A stretch of 63,868 nucleotides of DNA, the filler included, from Choristocarpus tenellus KU-1152 (taxonomy: Eukaryota > Protista > Phaeophyceae), in NCBI GenBank assembly GCA_964200185.2. It is 13 parts of 13 records of this genome, joined end to end, with 100 filler letters (N's around TTAATTAATTAA, not from the genome) between each part and the next. Parts side by side here need not be neighbours in the genome. Positions count along the whole stretch, not along the records: positions 34,827 to 38,083 come from CAXNAD020021225.1; positions 38,184 to 41,976 come from CAXNAD020017888.1; positions 42,077 to 49,155 come from CAXNAD020006741.1; positions 49,256 to 53,353 come from CAXNAD020016223.1; 9 more parts are not named here. The stretch is one strand, 5' to 3'. The notes below the pieces were generated by a model. It saw only the letters and a program-made list of their open reading frames with translations. It was not told the origin of the DNA and did not search any database. Position numbers and translations under genes: made by a program. Of this stretch, positions 37,624-49,721 are shown piece after piece (position 1 is the first letter of the stretch; every line of letters begins with the position of its first letter).

Positions 37624-40546
37624 TTTTTTATTTTATAATTTGTTGGGTTTTTTGAGGTTGAATTGTTGATGACAGTAGTGGAGTGTGTGCAAAACTATTT
37701 TCTTTTAAGGTCAGTGGATCAGGTTGTGTAATTGGTTCTTTGAAGGACGGGATTTATTTATGTGTTGCCTCCCACAAATTGACCGCCATAGTCTACTGTT
37801 GTTGTACTTTACTCCCTTCCGTGTGTGCTGTTTGATTGGCAAGGGTATGTTAGTTTTGGTTTTGCAGCCACGAGATGTACATTTGGTATTTGGTTCATGG
37901 AGTCGGCCCTACTTGGATATATTCTTGGTGGTTTGGGTGGGGTGCAGATTGTTAAAACATAGGCTACTCATTTGTTTCTTGTTGATATGATACACATCTA
38001 CCAGCTTGTACTGACTGTTGATTGGTGTACTGCACTGGTTGTTTGTGTTCATTTATTTATTGCGCATTCCAACTCATCATCACNNNNNNNNNNNNNNNNN
38101 NNNNNNNNNNNNNNNNNNNNNNNNNNNTTAATTAATTAANNNNNNNNNNNNNNNNNNNNNNNNNNNNNNNNNNNNNNNNNNNNGGGGGGATATATGGGAG
38201 GGCGTGGCAGGCGGAGCAACGAGAATGAGGGGGTGCTGAAACCCTGATAGTTGATGAGAAAGGTAGGAAGTGAGGCAGTGGGATTGGTGGTAGTTCAAGC
38301 GGCAGTTTCGGAGAGTAGTGATAGCAGTAGCATAAAAGTGAAGTGAAGTGTGGGAAGGAGTTTCGGTGGGTGGTAGTTCCTCTTACCACTGGTCGGGACA
38401 AGTCCCCATGGTGAGGTGAAGAGGTCCGATAATGGTGGATATAGTGGCATACGATAAACAAGAATAAAAAATAAAATAAAAAATAAATATGTATGTATAT
38501 ATGTATATTATATTTAATGTGTAGTGGTATGTGGTGGAGTGTAAGAGTTACGTAGTGTATTGTTTGTGGATAAGAGGGAGCAGGTGTTGCAAAATGTGTG
38601 AATAGTCGATGGGATTAGGATTAGGGTTGGAATCAATTGGTTAATGTGAAATTTCGATTATTGAGTGACCGAAACCGGAAACTGAGGGCGATTTTTGATC
38701 GATTCTTTTTCGCGCGAATTTTCGCGCTCTGCTCGGGATATTGGCGTTTTAGTTTTTGGGGATTTGATTACGATGGAGTGTGAGTGAGTAGTGCGATGCG
38801 TTGATTTTTTTTTTGGTATCTTGAATTCTTTCAATTGAGAATAAATACTTTGTGGTTTTGTTTAGTTTTTTTAAATGTATTATTTTATTTTATTTATGGT
38901 GTGGTTTGTCCTCCTGTCCTGTTGTGTTACGTGTTATGTTGTACTTATTTATTTTTTATTTAGTTCTTTCTCGGGTTGTGCTTATGTTATTGTGTTTTTG
39001 GGTGTGTTTGTGTGGTACTTTGTTTTTTTAATTGTATTGTATTCCATTGAGTTATACTGTGTCGGGGGGGGGGGGGGGTTTTTTTTGGTTTTGGGTTAGA
39101 TTTTTTTAAAAAAAAAAAATTTTTATATTTTTTTTTTTTTTTTTTTTTTTTTGGGNNNNNNNGGGGGGGTTCTTTATCGGTATGAGTTACGATATGTTAA
39201 AAATAATAATATTATGATACTCTGTTAGTGCTGTATGTTACTATATGTGTAAACAAACAATACAAAATTACTATGTTATAGACCCACCTTCTACTAGTAT
39301 TAAATAGTGACAGTGAATCTACTGCAGGTGTTCTTTCTAGAGGTGATCTGTATCTTTATTATTTTTAGTTGAAACTGTCATTTTCAAGTTTTAGCAGCGA
39401 TTTATCGTTGTAATTCGATTGGTAGGGGGTTCTTTTTTTTTCGAAAATTTATTGCAATTGTACAACCACGTGGATGTTTTTTTATTGTTACATTGCACAA
39501 GATTAGTATTGTACACTGCCTAGAGTGTGGTAGGAAGGTAATCGAGCAACAAATTTTACATCTTTTTATTTTCTCGATGATGAAGCTGCTGTGGTAGGAG
39601 CACGCATGCACCTCTGACTGTTTTACAGAAAAAAAGTAGCTATATATGTATTATATCTATATATATTTATATGTATTATATTGAAGCTGTTGCTTTTTCT
39701 AAAAAGAAAAGTTGCTCTTCTGCCCTTTCCCGTATCTAATTGGTCGAACTCTGATAAACAAGAAATATATATATATATTTGTTAGGTGAAACTGTCAACA
39801 AAGGTTGTGTGCTGTTGTAGGGGACTGTGACTGAACTGGTAGGTCTTTTGCTCTGATAAGGAACGAGGATTTTTTTTTTTCTAAGTGAAACTTTCACTTT
39901 ATTTTTTTTGTGATGTACCTACCCACTCTGCCGGAACTGTATATGTGTGTAAGTGGGTCTGTCTCCCCTTGATATATATATATATTGGGGAGGGGGGTGT
40001 CTCCTTGTGATGAAACGATCCATCTAAGAAGAAACATATGTATGTGGTATTTACATTTATTTTATTTTTTAATAGGAATAAATATATGTGTGTGTGTGTG
40101 TGTTTTTTTTTTTTTTAATGAAAATAAAATAGGAGAAGAACAAGAAGTGACCTCTCTGTTCTTAGAATACATTACAACCAGTGTGCGCTTTGCTGCTGCT
40201 GGGCTGTGATACTATGTACAAACAATATTCCTTTAAGTATCTAACCAACCCTAAGTAAAAATGTTTTTTGCACTTCTGGTATTTATTTTTTTATTGTTTT
40301 TGTGGAGTGAGTAGTAAAAAGGATTAGTTTTTTTTTGTCCTTTTTAAATTAAAAAATTAAATTAGAGGTTAAATTAGAGAGGTGCTGGTGGTCTTTTTTG
40401 TTTTGATTCCACTCTTTTTTTTTAATGATTTTTTTTTTTTTGAGATGAAACCTTTCCTTCCTCTCGTGAAAGCTCTGCTGTACCCAGTTGTGACCACCAC
40501 CCAACCCCCTTTTTATGCTTTTGTGTTTGTAATTTTTTAAAATCAG

Positions 40547-40916
40547 GACATTCTGGATGATGCCCTGCTACGATCGGGGCGCTTTGACATGCAGGTACAT
40601 ACAAAACACACACACATATATATATACATACATACATATATACATACAGAACACACATAATACATATATATACATACATACATACATATATATACATACA
40701 GACATACAGACATATATACAGGCAGACAGACAGACAGACATACATACATACATAAATACAGACAGACCAACAGTATACATAGTGTTTGAATCTTTGTCCC
40801 TTACACTCTGTTGATGGTGTTTGGAATGTGTGATGCTAACATGTTAGGTGGATGTTGAAAATCCAGACCGGAAGGGACGGGAGCAGTTGTTCCAGAAGTA
40901 CATGGAGCCTCTCAAG
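40547..40916 (+). CDS. FtsH/AFG3-type AAA+ protease, two internal exons
   Basis: Exons 40547-40594 and 40848-40916 give DILDDALLRSGRFDMQ|VDVENPDRKGREQLFQKYMEPLK, the AAA second region of homology in an FtsH-like context. Confidence 0.75.
40598..40770. repeat. Compound (AC/AT/ATAC/AGAC) microsatellite in an intron
   Basis: Direct inspection. Confidence 0.9.
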
Positions 40917-41215
40917 GTAATGAGGAGGGGGGGGGGGGGAGGGGGGTACTTCTACTGTGCATAGGCAGATAATATATATTTGATGTTAATGTTAGGGTTA
41001 GGGTTGATATGTGTGTGTGTGTGTGTGTTCCATTGGTCCTATTTATGATGTTTTTTGTATGATGAGTAATTAGTATCGATACTCTTTTTTTTCAAGTACT
41101 TCAGGTTGTTGAGAGTTTGTAAGGGGGCACAACTATGTTGTTTTATTATTTTTTTATTATTATTGTGCTTAGTTGGGGTGTGTTTGCACTTGCTTGTGTC
41201 TTTGCTTGCATGTGT

Positions 41216-41370
41216 CGTAATAGTATCGTAATAGTGTTGTAATAGTATCGTAATAGTGTTGTAATAGTATTGTAATAGAATCGTAATAGTATTGTAATAG
41301 TGTTATAATAGTATCGTAATAGCATCGTAATAGTGTCGTAATAGTATCGTAATAGTATCGTAATAGTATT
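41216..41370. repeat. 11-bp minisatellite (GTAATAGTATC)n, about 14 copies
   Basis: Direct inspection; contiguous units with point variants. Confidence 0.9.
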
Positions 41371-41721
41371 ACTACTTTTAAGTGCTTGGATTGATTTGGT
41401 GAGCAAGAAGTCTTCATCACATGGATGGGTTGTCTCAGTGGTGGACAGACAGACGCCCGCCTGTGTTTGTTAGGAGCAGGCGACAATACTTCATATTTAC
41501 TTTATCTGAACTGAAATTTAGTTTGAAAGGACAATGGGCAAAGAGACAAAGAAAAAGGGGGTGTGAGTAAGTAAGTCAGTGTTACTGAGTCAGTGAGTGA
41601 GGGATCTCAAGGATTTTTTTTTGTATATTTTTTAGCGGTTTTTCTTTTTTGTTATACTACTGTTCTTGTTTCTTGTAGTCTGTCCATGGCGAACCAATTT
41701 CAGATGCAAGTAAGCCCCCAG

Positions 41722-41753
<32 letters not shown>

Positions 41754-42503
41754 AAGCACGATTGGTCAAAGTCGAGGTATACCTTACAAGTGTGGAATAC
41801 AATGCATTTTTTTTTTTAATGGAGTGTGTGTTCAATACCAAAGTACAGAGTAGTGTGTTCTTTCTCATCACCTTTTCTGTATAAAGGTTCTTTTCATGCT
41901 CAGAGATTCCGGCCCGCGCTCCCCCCCGACATTGCTGTATTCCGAGTAAACCTTCAGCACGGTGTTTGTTTATTGTNNNNNNNNNNNNNNNNNNNNNNNN
42001 NNNNNNNNNNNNNNNNNNNNTTAATTAATTAANNNNNNNNNNNNNNNNNNNNNNNNNNNNNNNNNNNNNNNNNNNNCTGTTCTACATAATGAGGAAATAA
42101 TCGAGTTATTTACACACACAAGTCTTGGGAACACCAGTTTCTTTAACAGTCATCTTCATACATGAAACTTCCAGTGTGATTTAGCAGGAAAGAAAAATAT
42201 TATAGAAATATACATTTTTGTGCTTTAGGGGGAAAGAACAATATCGTGCAAATCATATACTGTTGAGATTAAGTAGGAAAGAGTCGTGTACAAATCTTAG
42301 GTTACTACTACTAAAATTGCATGCAGTACTTCGTTCCCTTGTTGTGAATGTAGTATTAAAAAATAGCATCCCTCCATCTAAACCAACAACACATTGTAGA
42401 AGCCGTAGTGTGTCATGTTGATGTCTCTTAACTTTTTAAAGTTGAAAACATGTGCTGTATAATATTCCGTGTATTGGTGGTCACTGACAAGTGGTTGCAT
42501 TTT

Positions 42504-42686
42504 GGCTCGAAGTATCTGGGGGGGGGGGGGTGGCGGCTGTCCATTTCGGGCCCATTTTTCAATGTTACGATTCTTGTGTGATTTGGTTGCATGCACTGGA
42601 TGGACAATGTAAGTGCGCTTCTCCTGGTCAGGGCCCGAATGGACACTCTGGTGTAGACTCCCCCCCCTCCCCAGATACTTTGAGCC
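42504..42686 (+). mobile_element. MITE family B copy with TTT TSD
   Basis: TTT|GGCTCGAAGTATCTGGGG...CCCCAGATACTTTGAGCC|TTT. Confidence 0.85.
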
Positions 42687-43365
42687 TTTGCGTATCGATA
42701 CCACTCCTATGTTAAAACATGTACAAATGTTTGTCGTACCACTCCCCCATCTACGACAATGTGTTTCATTTTTTTTTTTCTTAATACTCACTCATCTATC
42801 TATGAAACATACACAAATATTTGTACGCATCACTTTCCTACCTGAAAAAGATTGCCAAATGTTCCCTGGTACAAATACATGATTAAACCCCTCCATTATG
42901 ATCTGCCCATGTGAGCACGAGCTGTACAAATTACAATGTCTTGATTTGTCAACATTTCATCTTGTTGGAATTTCTTTCTGCACCACCATCATCAGAATAG
43001 AAATGAGTACAAATGATCATCGCTACCAGTTAAGCTTGACGATAGTCAATCCTGAAAGCTTGCCGATCTCGGACCTACAGTAAGTGCTGTGTAGCTTAAT
43101 AATCCGAAGAGGCAAAGTGTTTTTACCTGGATAGTGAGCCACTCGGTTTCACACACTTTTTGTCACCACATTTATCATTTTTGATCTAGTATTTTGTGTG
43201 GGATGGTTTCATTGACTGAAACGGAACTACATGAATTATTTTTATCATGCGGATGGTGAATTCTATTGGCAGTGCAGTTGTTACCTTTGATGCCATCTCC
43301 TGTTCCAAAATGAATTAGTTTTGGTTTAGTACAAGGTACGACATGACTCGTTGATCATATTTTTA

Positions 43366-44058
43366 TTATTATGCCCTCTGAAGTTTTTGAGATGTGTCAG
43401 GGGGGAAACAAATGAAAACTATACATATATGTCAGTATAAGCCCTAAAGAAATAGAATATCATAAATGTGAAAAACACTAATCTATTTGTTACTTCACCA
43501 TCAATATTGTACTACTGCCTCTCTGTGCTTCCAATCTACCTACTCCTGCGCCCCGGGGGGAGGAGCTAGGGAGGTATCCCAAGAATCCATATGTGTATGT
43601 TGGAGTGCTGGTACTGTTGCTGTTCAAAATATCATACCGTCATATCGCTCACCAGACGATTTGTTAGTCCAGAATCGGGCAATCAATGTAAGAGATCATG
43701 TCCGTCACTGCTCAAGTGGCTCTCTCAACACTCGTCCAGCATTTCGAGCAAGAGACACTGGTCAACACCTGGGCAAGAAGGGGATAGACAGAGTCCAGGG
43801 AAGGTTCCCTAGGTCATCGCCCACCTTACTTTGTAGGTCTGAGCTAGGTTTCAACCTTGGCAGTGTACACAGTACTTAGCATAACACCATATTCAAGGGA
43901 ACATTCTTGCATTGTTAGTTTCCAAATAGTACATATTCTAGGGAGGTGTCTTAGCATTGACGATAATGATTGGTTGTATCTGCAGTAGTCCTTGCCATGT
44001 AGTTTGGTCTTAGTTTCCCCTCGCCCCAACAAATCTGAAAAAAATATAAGGGCACAAT
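43366..44058. mobile_element. Non-autonomous TIR element (family D), ~700 bp
   Basis: The left end ttattatgccctctgaagtttttgagatgtgtcagggggaaac is an imperfect inverse of the right end gtttcccctcgccccaacaaatctgaaaaaaatataagggcacaat. The arms recur at 33250 and 5603. Confidence 0.55.
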
Positions 44059-44499
44059 TGTTAATAATATTAAGATTTGTATGTATGTGATTCAGGAAGT
44101 CTCCTGATAGATCGAATGTTGGCATCGTGATGACTAAGAGAGTCCTACCTATTATTCTCAGAGGTGTACTTACCTGCCCAGCATTGGTGTGAGTCATGCA
44201 TCGTACATTTATATATTCACTCAATGGTTGTGTAATATGGACACTTTTACGGGTCTACTATTATGATAAGATAAAGATCGACCAACATAAACGATAGGTA
44301 CTCAGTCATTGGCCGTCTTACATTTTACGTCAGCTTTTCAATCCTTTCCAATTCACCCATATTCTATGGATGTTCTAAGTTTGACTTGAGAGCGTTTATT
44401 TCATGACTGAAAATTTGCTGATACAACTCGGAAAATAGCCTGTACACATTTGCAATAAATATATCAAATTTTGCACATATTTGTCATCCTTAAATTGCA

Positions 44500-44870
44500 A
44501 CTCTGGGTACCTCTCATTTACTTTGACTCACCGCTTTCAACACAAATTCTTCCTCCTGCACTGGATCGGATATTTGCAATGAGGAATGAACTGATCGTAC
44601 TTTGTCCTGCAAAGAAAAATGCCCTTGTGAAGTTGTGAACACTGGGCGCGACTTCATCGAGGTGACTATCGTTCATTATTTGTATAAAAATGGAGACTCC
44701 TGTTGTTTGCAGGGTCAGTTGCACATGCATTAGGGAATGAGCAAGTACCCCCGAAGTAATATAGTGTCGATGATGTTTGTTCAAGGAACATACTTCCAGA
44801 GAGAAAGTGTAAGCGAGGTAGAGAGGAAGATAACAACTGGTGGATAGGATGTGCCATGTAGACAGTTCAA
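44500..44870 (+). mobile_element. Second degenerate RTE LINE 3' fragment
   Basis: Aligns with ~4600-4860 (aaaaatggag.ctcctgtt...gcaggg...gttgcaca...aatgag). Confidence 0.6.
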
Positions 44871-45887
44871 CCACAGGAACTTATCTATGTTCGCTTGTAA
44901 GGTCTCCATCCCACGCTGGGGCAATCCAAATAATCCGTTTAAGCCACACACCATGCAAAATCAAGGAATCCCCACGCGCTATATCCCTCCATCCCCCTCT
45001 CCCCTAAGTATACACCTGATGAAATGGTTACACCCCACTCCCCCCCTTTCCTTCTCCTTATGAATTCATGCTCCCATAAGACGTCTCAAATATCTTCCTT
45101 ACAGTGTTACGCCGAAAATACCCCCCTCTTCTCCCGTTATCATTCTCTTCATCATCACCACCACCACCATCACCACCACCGCTGCTCTCGTCATTCTTCC
45201 CCTCAACGTCTTCTCCCCTGTCGTCTGCATCTCTCTCTTTGAAGGCAGACATCAATGGTGTCTGATTCTCCTTTCTGTTGTTGCTGCAGTCGTTATTGTC
45301 CTCATGATGGGGGAACGTAGGCACACCTTGTAGGTTTAAGAACCTACAGATCCAGATGAGGTAGGTACCACAGCAGATCAAGGCAAAAAACATTGATGTG
45401 GGTGAGGGCTGGAGTGTCTGATTGACAGTTCAAAAGGTTTACAGAGAGGGCTTTCTCTTGGGTATATTTTCAATATTATAGGGTTGATAGAGATAGTTAC
45501 TGTTTCATGGTTGATATCGTCTCCAGACAGGAAGTAAGGTTCTACCATCCAAATACAGAATACTTTCAATAGTTCTACATGATGGATCATCTTCAATCAA
45601 GTTTTGTGGGCAGCATTGCACATGGGAAGTAGGGAAGGGGGAAGGAGGCAAGGAAGCATTGGGGTGGGGCTATATTGACCCTTCCCTGACCAAGAAAAAA
45701 ATAATATTCAACACAGTCCTCTTTATTAGGATCAGTTCGAGTGCCAAGTACAAAAAATGACTCTCCTGCCAAGATGGATGTGGCATGCACTGGAGGTCAA
45801 AGAAACTCAAGAACATGTTGTAACTGCCAAAATTGCTGCTCTTGTTTCCAGTTGTTGTCCAACTATTGTGTGCAAACGTCTCTTCAC

Positions 45888-46360
45888 CTTTCCAAGACCT
45901 CTTTCTGCTCAATCATCTTCACTGAACTGGCAATCTTGATCTTGAATTCCACGACTGAGTTCCTGTGACGGCTGTGCACCCTCATCTTCTTGTCTGCCCT
46001 GTTCTTCACCCTGTGCGAATTGTGTCCGTCTACTCACATGCACAAGCAAACACATTTTTTTTTTATCAAACACCACGGCAAAACATTGATTAACTTTTTG
46101 TAGTAAGAACAATCCAAATATCATAGATATAATCGACACACGGAAACATAGACAACATTGCGTGTAAACACAAAATAGTATGCACTAAAGCCTGCAGAGA
46201 CCATTCCCTTCTTGGTACCGCCCCACACGTTTACTCTGTAGCACTCCAGAGCACGTCCTAAAGCGCTACAGGGCATACATGAACTCACCAAGCATGGAGA
46301 CAGTGCGGCCTTCAATGGTGTGTTTTGATCGGTGCTTGTTCCACTCAAGGAGGAAGTTTT
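45888..46360 (-). mobile_element. Spliced relic resembling a pogo/CENP-B (DDE_1) transposase
   Basis: Joining exons 46360-46289 and 46029-45888 gives NFLLEWNKHRSKHTIEGRTVSML|DGHNSH, matching the DDE_1 F..W...LLLDGHxSH pattern. The downstream LQPLD motif is absent. Confidence 0.4.
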
Positions 46361-47444
46361 CTAGGAGCACCGTCACTAACACCTACGATATTAACATTAA
46401 TAGTAATTGTTCATTTTTTTGTTAGTTTGCAAGAACCACATAATCTATTTTGGAATTTACATGTATACCGTATAAATTACACTACTATTTTTTAAGGTTT
46501 GAAAATTTAGGACTAGGCTCAGATGGGGGTGAAGATGGTTGAAAGTTTCCCTCTACTTGTTCAAAATATTTTCTCCATACACAAAGGTGCTTCTCCAAAC
46601 CGTAGTCCTTCACTGAATAGATGTTTCCTTTAGTTGTCATGATGTCAAGGAAGGGCAATCAAACCATGTCAGGGAGTGGGTGAGTCCTCTAGCGCTACCA
46701 TTTACAAACACTCCAAGCATGGGCAACTCCATTAGACACATCAACATCTACAACACCAGTATTTGTGATAACCTTCATCAACAAAAAAACCTTGCAAATA
46801 CTACAGAGTGGCAAGCAGTAATCATTTTTTTTTTTCTTTCAAAAACTACTAATGAAAACCAATCGATACATATTGGTGATAACGACTACGAAGTATTACA
46901 TTAAAAATGTAACTTTTAGTTGTTTTTTTTCATATCAGGGAAAGAATATGAAACTACAACTATTACAAGGAGAAGAGGTGGTAAATAATTTCGAAATGTC
47001 TTAAGCAATTTTTCGAGATACGCAACAAGAGATATATTTTTCTAAAACACGGGGGAGCAAACCGAATCGAACAAAGTGAATTTGGGTCCTAACTCCACGT
47101 GGAACCCAAGATAAGCGCCATTTTAGGCCCCAGTTTGGAGGAAATACTTTTGTCCCACCAAGTAGACTAGAGGCATTCAAACCAGTGCCAAATCTGATAC
47201 AGGTCGATTCAGTCCATGAAATATGTATGGAATGAAAGCGGACGTCCAAAGGCATCGATCAAGCTATAACAGCACCTCCAATTCCCACCAAAGCGGAAAA
47301 TAGGGTGCATTTTCGGTATAAGGGGAGCATTTCTGTTTTTTTGGGGAATGTTTTTTTTCTTCATATATTTCCAAGATTGTTTTACCTGTTCACGATGCGA
47401 ATCCTCTGTGATTGGAATGCTGATACACACAGGACTCAAATAGA

Positions 47445-47709
47445 GAGTGAAATGATCTTAAGAGGGTATGGGTTTTGCCCTGTCTGTCCGTTTGGGGCTT
47501 GGCTTCCCACGGTTTTTCTTATGACATTTTACCTACTCCAAAATGTTTCGGAGTAGGTAAAATGTATAGTTTATGAAAGGTTGTGTCCAGAACAAGGATA
47601 TTGACACTTCCTAACAAACATGATAGCCAAAATTACATCAATATTGCAACATTAGATTTTGGACCCCAAACGGACGCGGCTCTACCCTAACCCTAAGATA
47701 CATTGACTC
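47445..47709 (-). mobile_element. MITE family A copy with a telomere-repeat unit inside its TIR
   Basis: GAGTGAAATGATCTTAAGAGGGTA...CTACCCTAACCCTAAGATACATTGACTC. Confidence 0.85.
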
Positions 47710-47839
47710 AGGACATGTATTGGTGGCTCAAAAAAACTTTGTTTAGAAGTGCAGAATATCTAAATTATTGGAATATTTCAAGTTTTTGCTGGCTCGTCTA
47801 TTGATATTGATTATATTGATATTGACATTCATCACTAAA

Positions 47840-48421
47840 TCACAGGCTCAGCTCAGACTCGTCAGTTTCGATTTTTTCGATATTGCCACCTTCGACCATG
47901 AGTTCCATCTCACAATCCTCCCACAAGATCTCCTCATCTACTCGCCCTTCAACAGCATCTATCGATGTCACTAACTCTTCTGTATCTTTCAGTCCATTCC
48001 GAAAACTCTTGAGGTTGAATATGTTTCCCTCCAACATCTTGTCCTGTATCATGATGTATTTTGTCATCTCCCTCTGGGCCTGGAGAACCAGTTTGCTGAA
48101 GTTTACTGGTTTCCACCCACCCTCAAATCCGACCCAGTTCGGGTTACTCTACCACCCCAGCCTTATCTCATCTCCTCTCACTTATGCAACCTTTCTCCTC
48201 TCACTTTAAATACCAAAAGTTAACGTACTGCTTCCCTTGTGCTTATTATGCTGCCAAAATACCTCTATGCACTGAACCTTGGCCATACAAGGTGGTGTCC
48301 AAATCACACCACAGCACTTCAGATTGGTACACAGACCCCTCAATGAGACTATCACCTCAAACTTTGCCTCTTTACCGAGGTCACCAAGTCCTGCTGAGCG
48401 GCCATATTTGCCAACAAGCAT
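47840..48421 (-). mobile_element. IS630/Tc1-mariner (DDE_3) transposase C-terminal relic
   Basis: VIWTPPCMAKVQCIEVFWQHNK resembles the PPYSPDLNPIE..W...K motif. The same frame continues through stops into ORF 47840-48067. Confidence 0.55.
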
Positions 48422-49255
48422 ACGCTGTGAAAAAACGAAGAGCTATATCTTGTTGAGAGGCATTTTTTTAAGAGCTTGTACCTCTTCACTGGTGTCCATT
48501 TGATCAATCCCCCAGCCACCGCCAGAGGTCCAAAAATGTATCCATCCGCTCTCTCCTTCCAAGCTTTCACCACGGGGAAAACTTTGTCGCCCCCCCCCCA
48601 CTCTCTGCTATTTGGCAGACAGCCTCCACCGCCTCAGTTTGACTCATACTTGTAGATAACAAACTGTTAGTACAGGTCAGCAGAGAATGAGATTACCCCT
48701 TGGAAAGACCTTCTCCACTGACCAACTCGAGTTTCTCCATTTGCTCTTTGCAGACCCATAGTATCCTGTAGTGGGTGGTCAGGTGTCCGTTCATGTCATC
48801 TTAACGTACTTGTCGGATGTATCGTCAATTTCCTTCACCTGAGCGCACCTTCCTTTTCCATCCCTAACCCTGCCCTGAACCAAATCCGAAAGAAATCACT
48901 CTCAAAACAGCCATCAAAACGGGGAACGTTGCAACACACCCCATCAAGCCTTGAATGGACAACTTGGGCTACCCCCCCCCCCTCCCACTCTAAGATACTA
49001 TGGGTCTGCATCAACTTCCCTAACCTCTTGACCATCATGTCCAGCGGCATCCTCGGCTCATTCTTCCTCACTGCAGCTGGGTATGTATGTCCTTGACTGG
49101 TTTTCTTCCACCCCCACCCCCACCCCCCACCCCCCCCCCCCCCCCCCCCCCCCCCNNNNNNNNNNNNNNNNNNNNNNNNNNNNNNNNNNNNNNNNNNNNT
49201 TAATTAATTAANNNNNNNNNNNNNNNNNNNNNNNNNNNNNNNNNNNNNNNNNNNN

Positions 49256-49324
49256 CCAGTCAATTTTGGGTCAAGCCCATCCTCAATGAAAAGCTCCATC
49301 CTCAAATTTTGAAATCGGCTGTTA
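49256..49324. repeat. Terminal arm of foldback family C
   Basis: Near-identical to 57128-57200 (ccagtcaattttgggtcaagcccatcc...tttgaaatcggctgtta). Confidence 0.8.
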
Positions 49325-49721
49325 TTTATTGTAGACACATCACACATCATGAATCATTGATTCATGAACCTGATCTATGACCAATTGAGACCTTGTTACT
49401 ATTCCACGATACTAAAGATGAAGCAAAAACAATCAAAACCATCACTGAGTAGAGGTCTATCGTAGAACAGTGAGATGATCAGGAATCAGAACCAGAAGAA
49501 CTGATATTTCGTCAATCGTTTTCGGTTTGTTTTGTACAGAGGTGGTTATAGTTGTAGAGATCAAGTATATAATGCAAATAATAGTATTATAGACAATGTA
49601 AAATGTGAATGAAACCGTCTTCTAGGAGTAACGCCTTCCAAGAAACACGTCCAGCACCCACCAATCCCAATCACGACCCAACCTACTTGTTTCCCTCAGA
49701 GACTCACAATTGCACACCACC

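Noticed and set aside
40422-40814. Several ORFs rich in Y/I/C/V/H/T
   Set aside because: They are translations of a microsatellite inside the AAA-protease intron.
41216-41370. Regular repeat array as a possible CRISPR, and the derived LLRYYY ORFs
   Set aside because: Contiguous 11-bp units with no unique spacers and no cas genes; it is a minisatellite.
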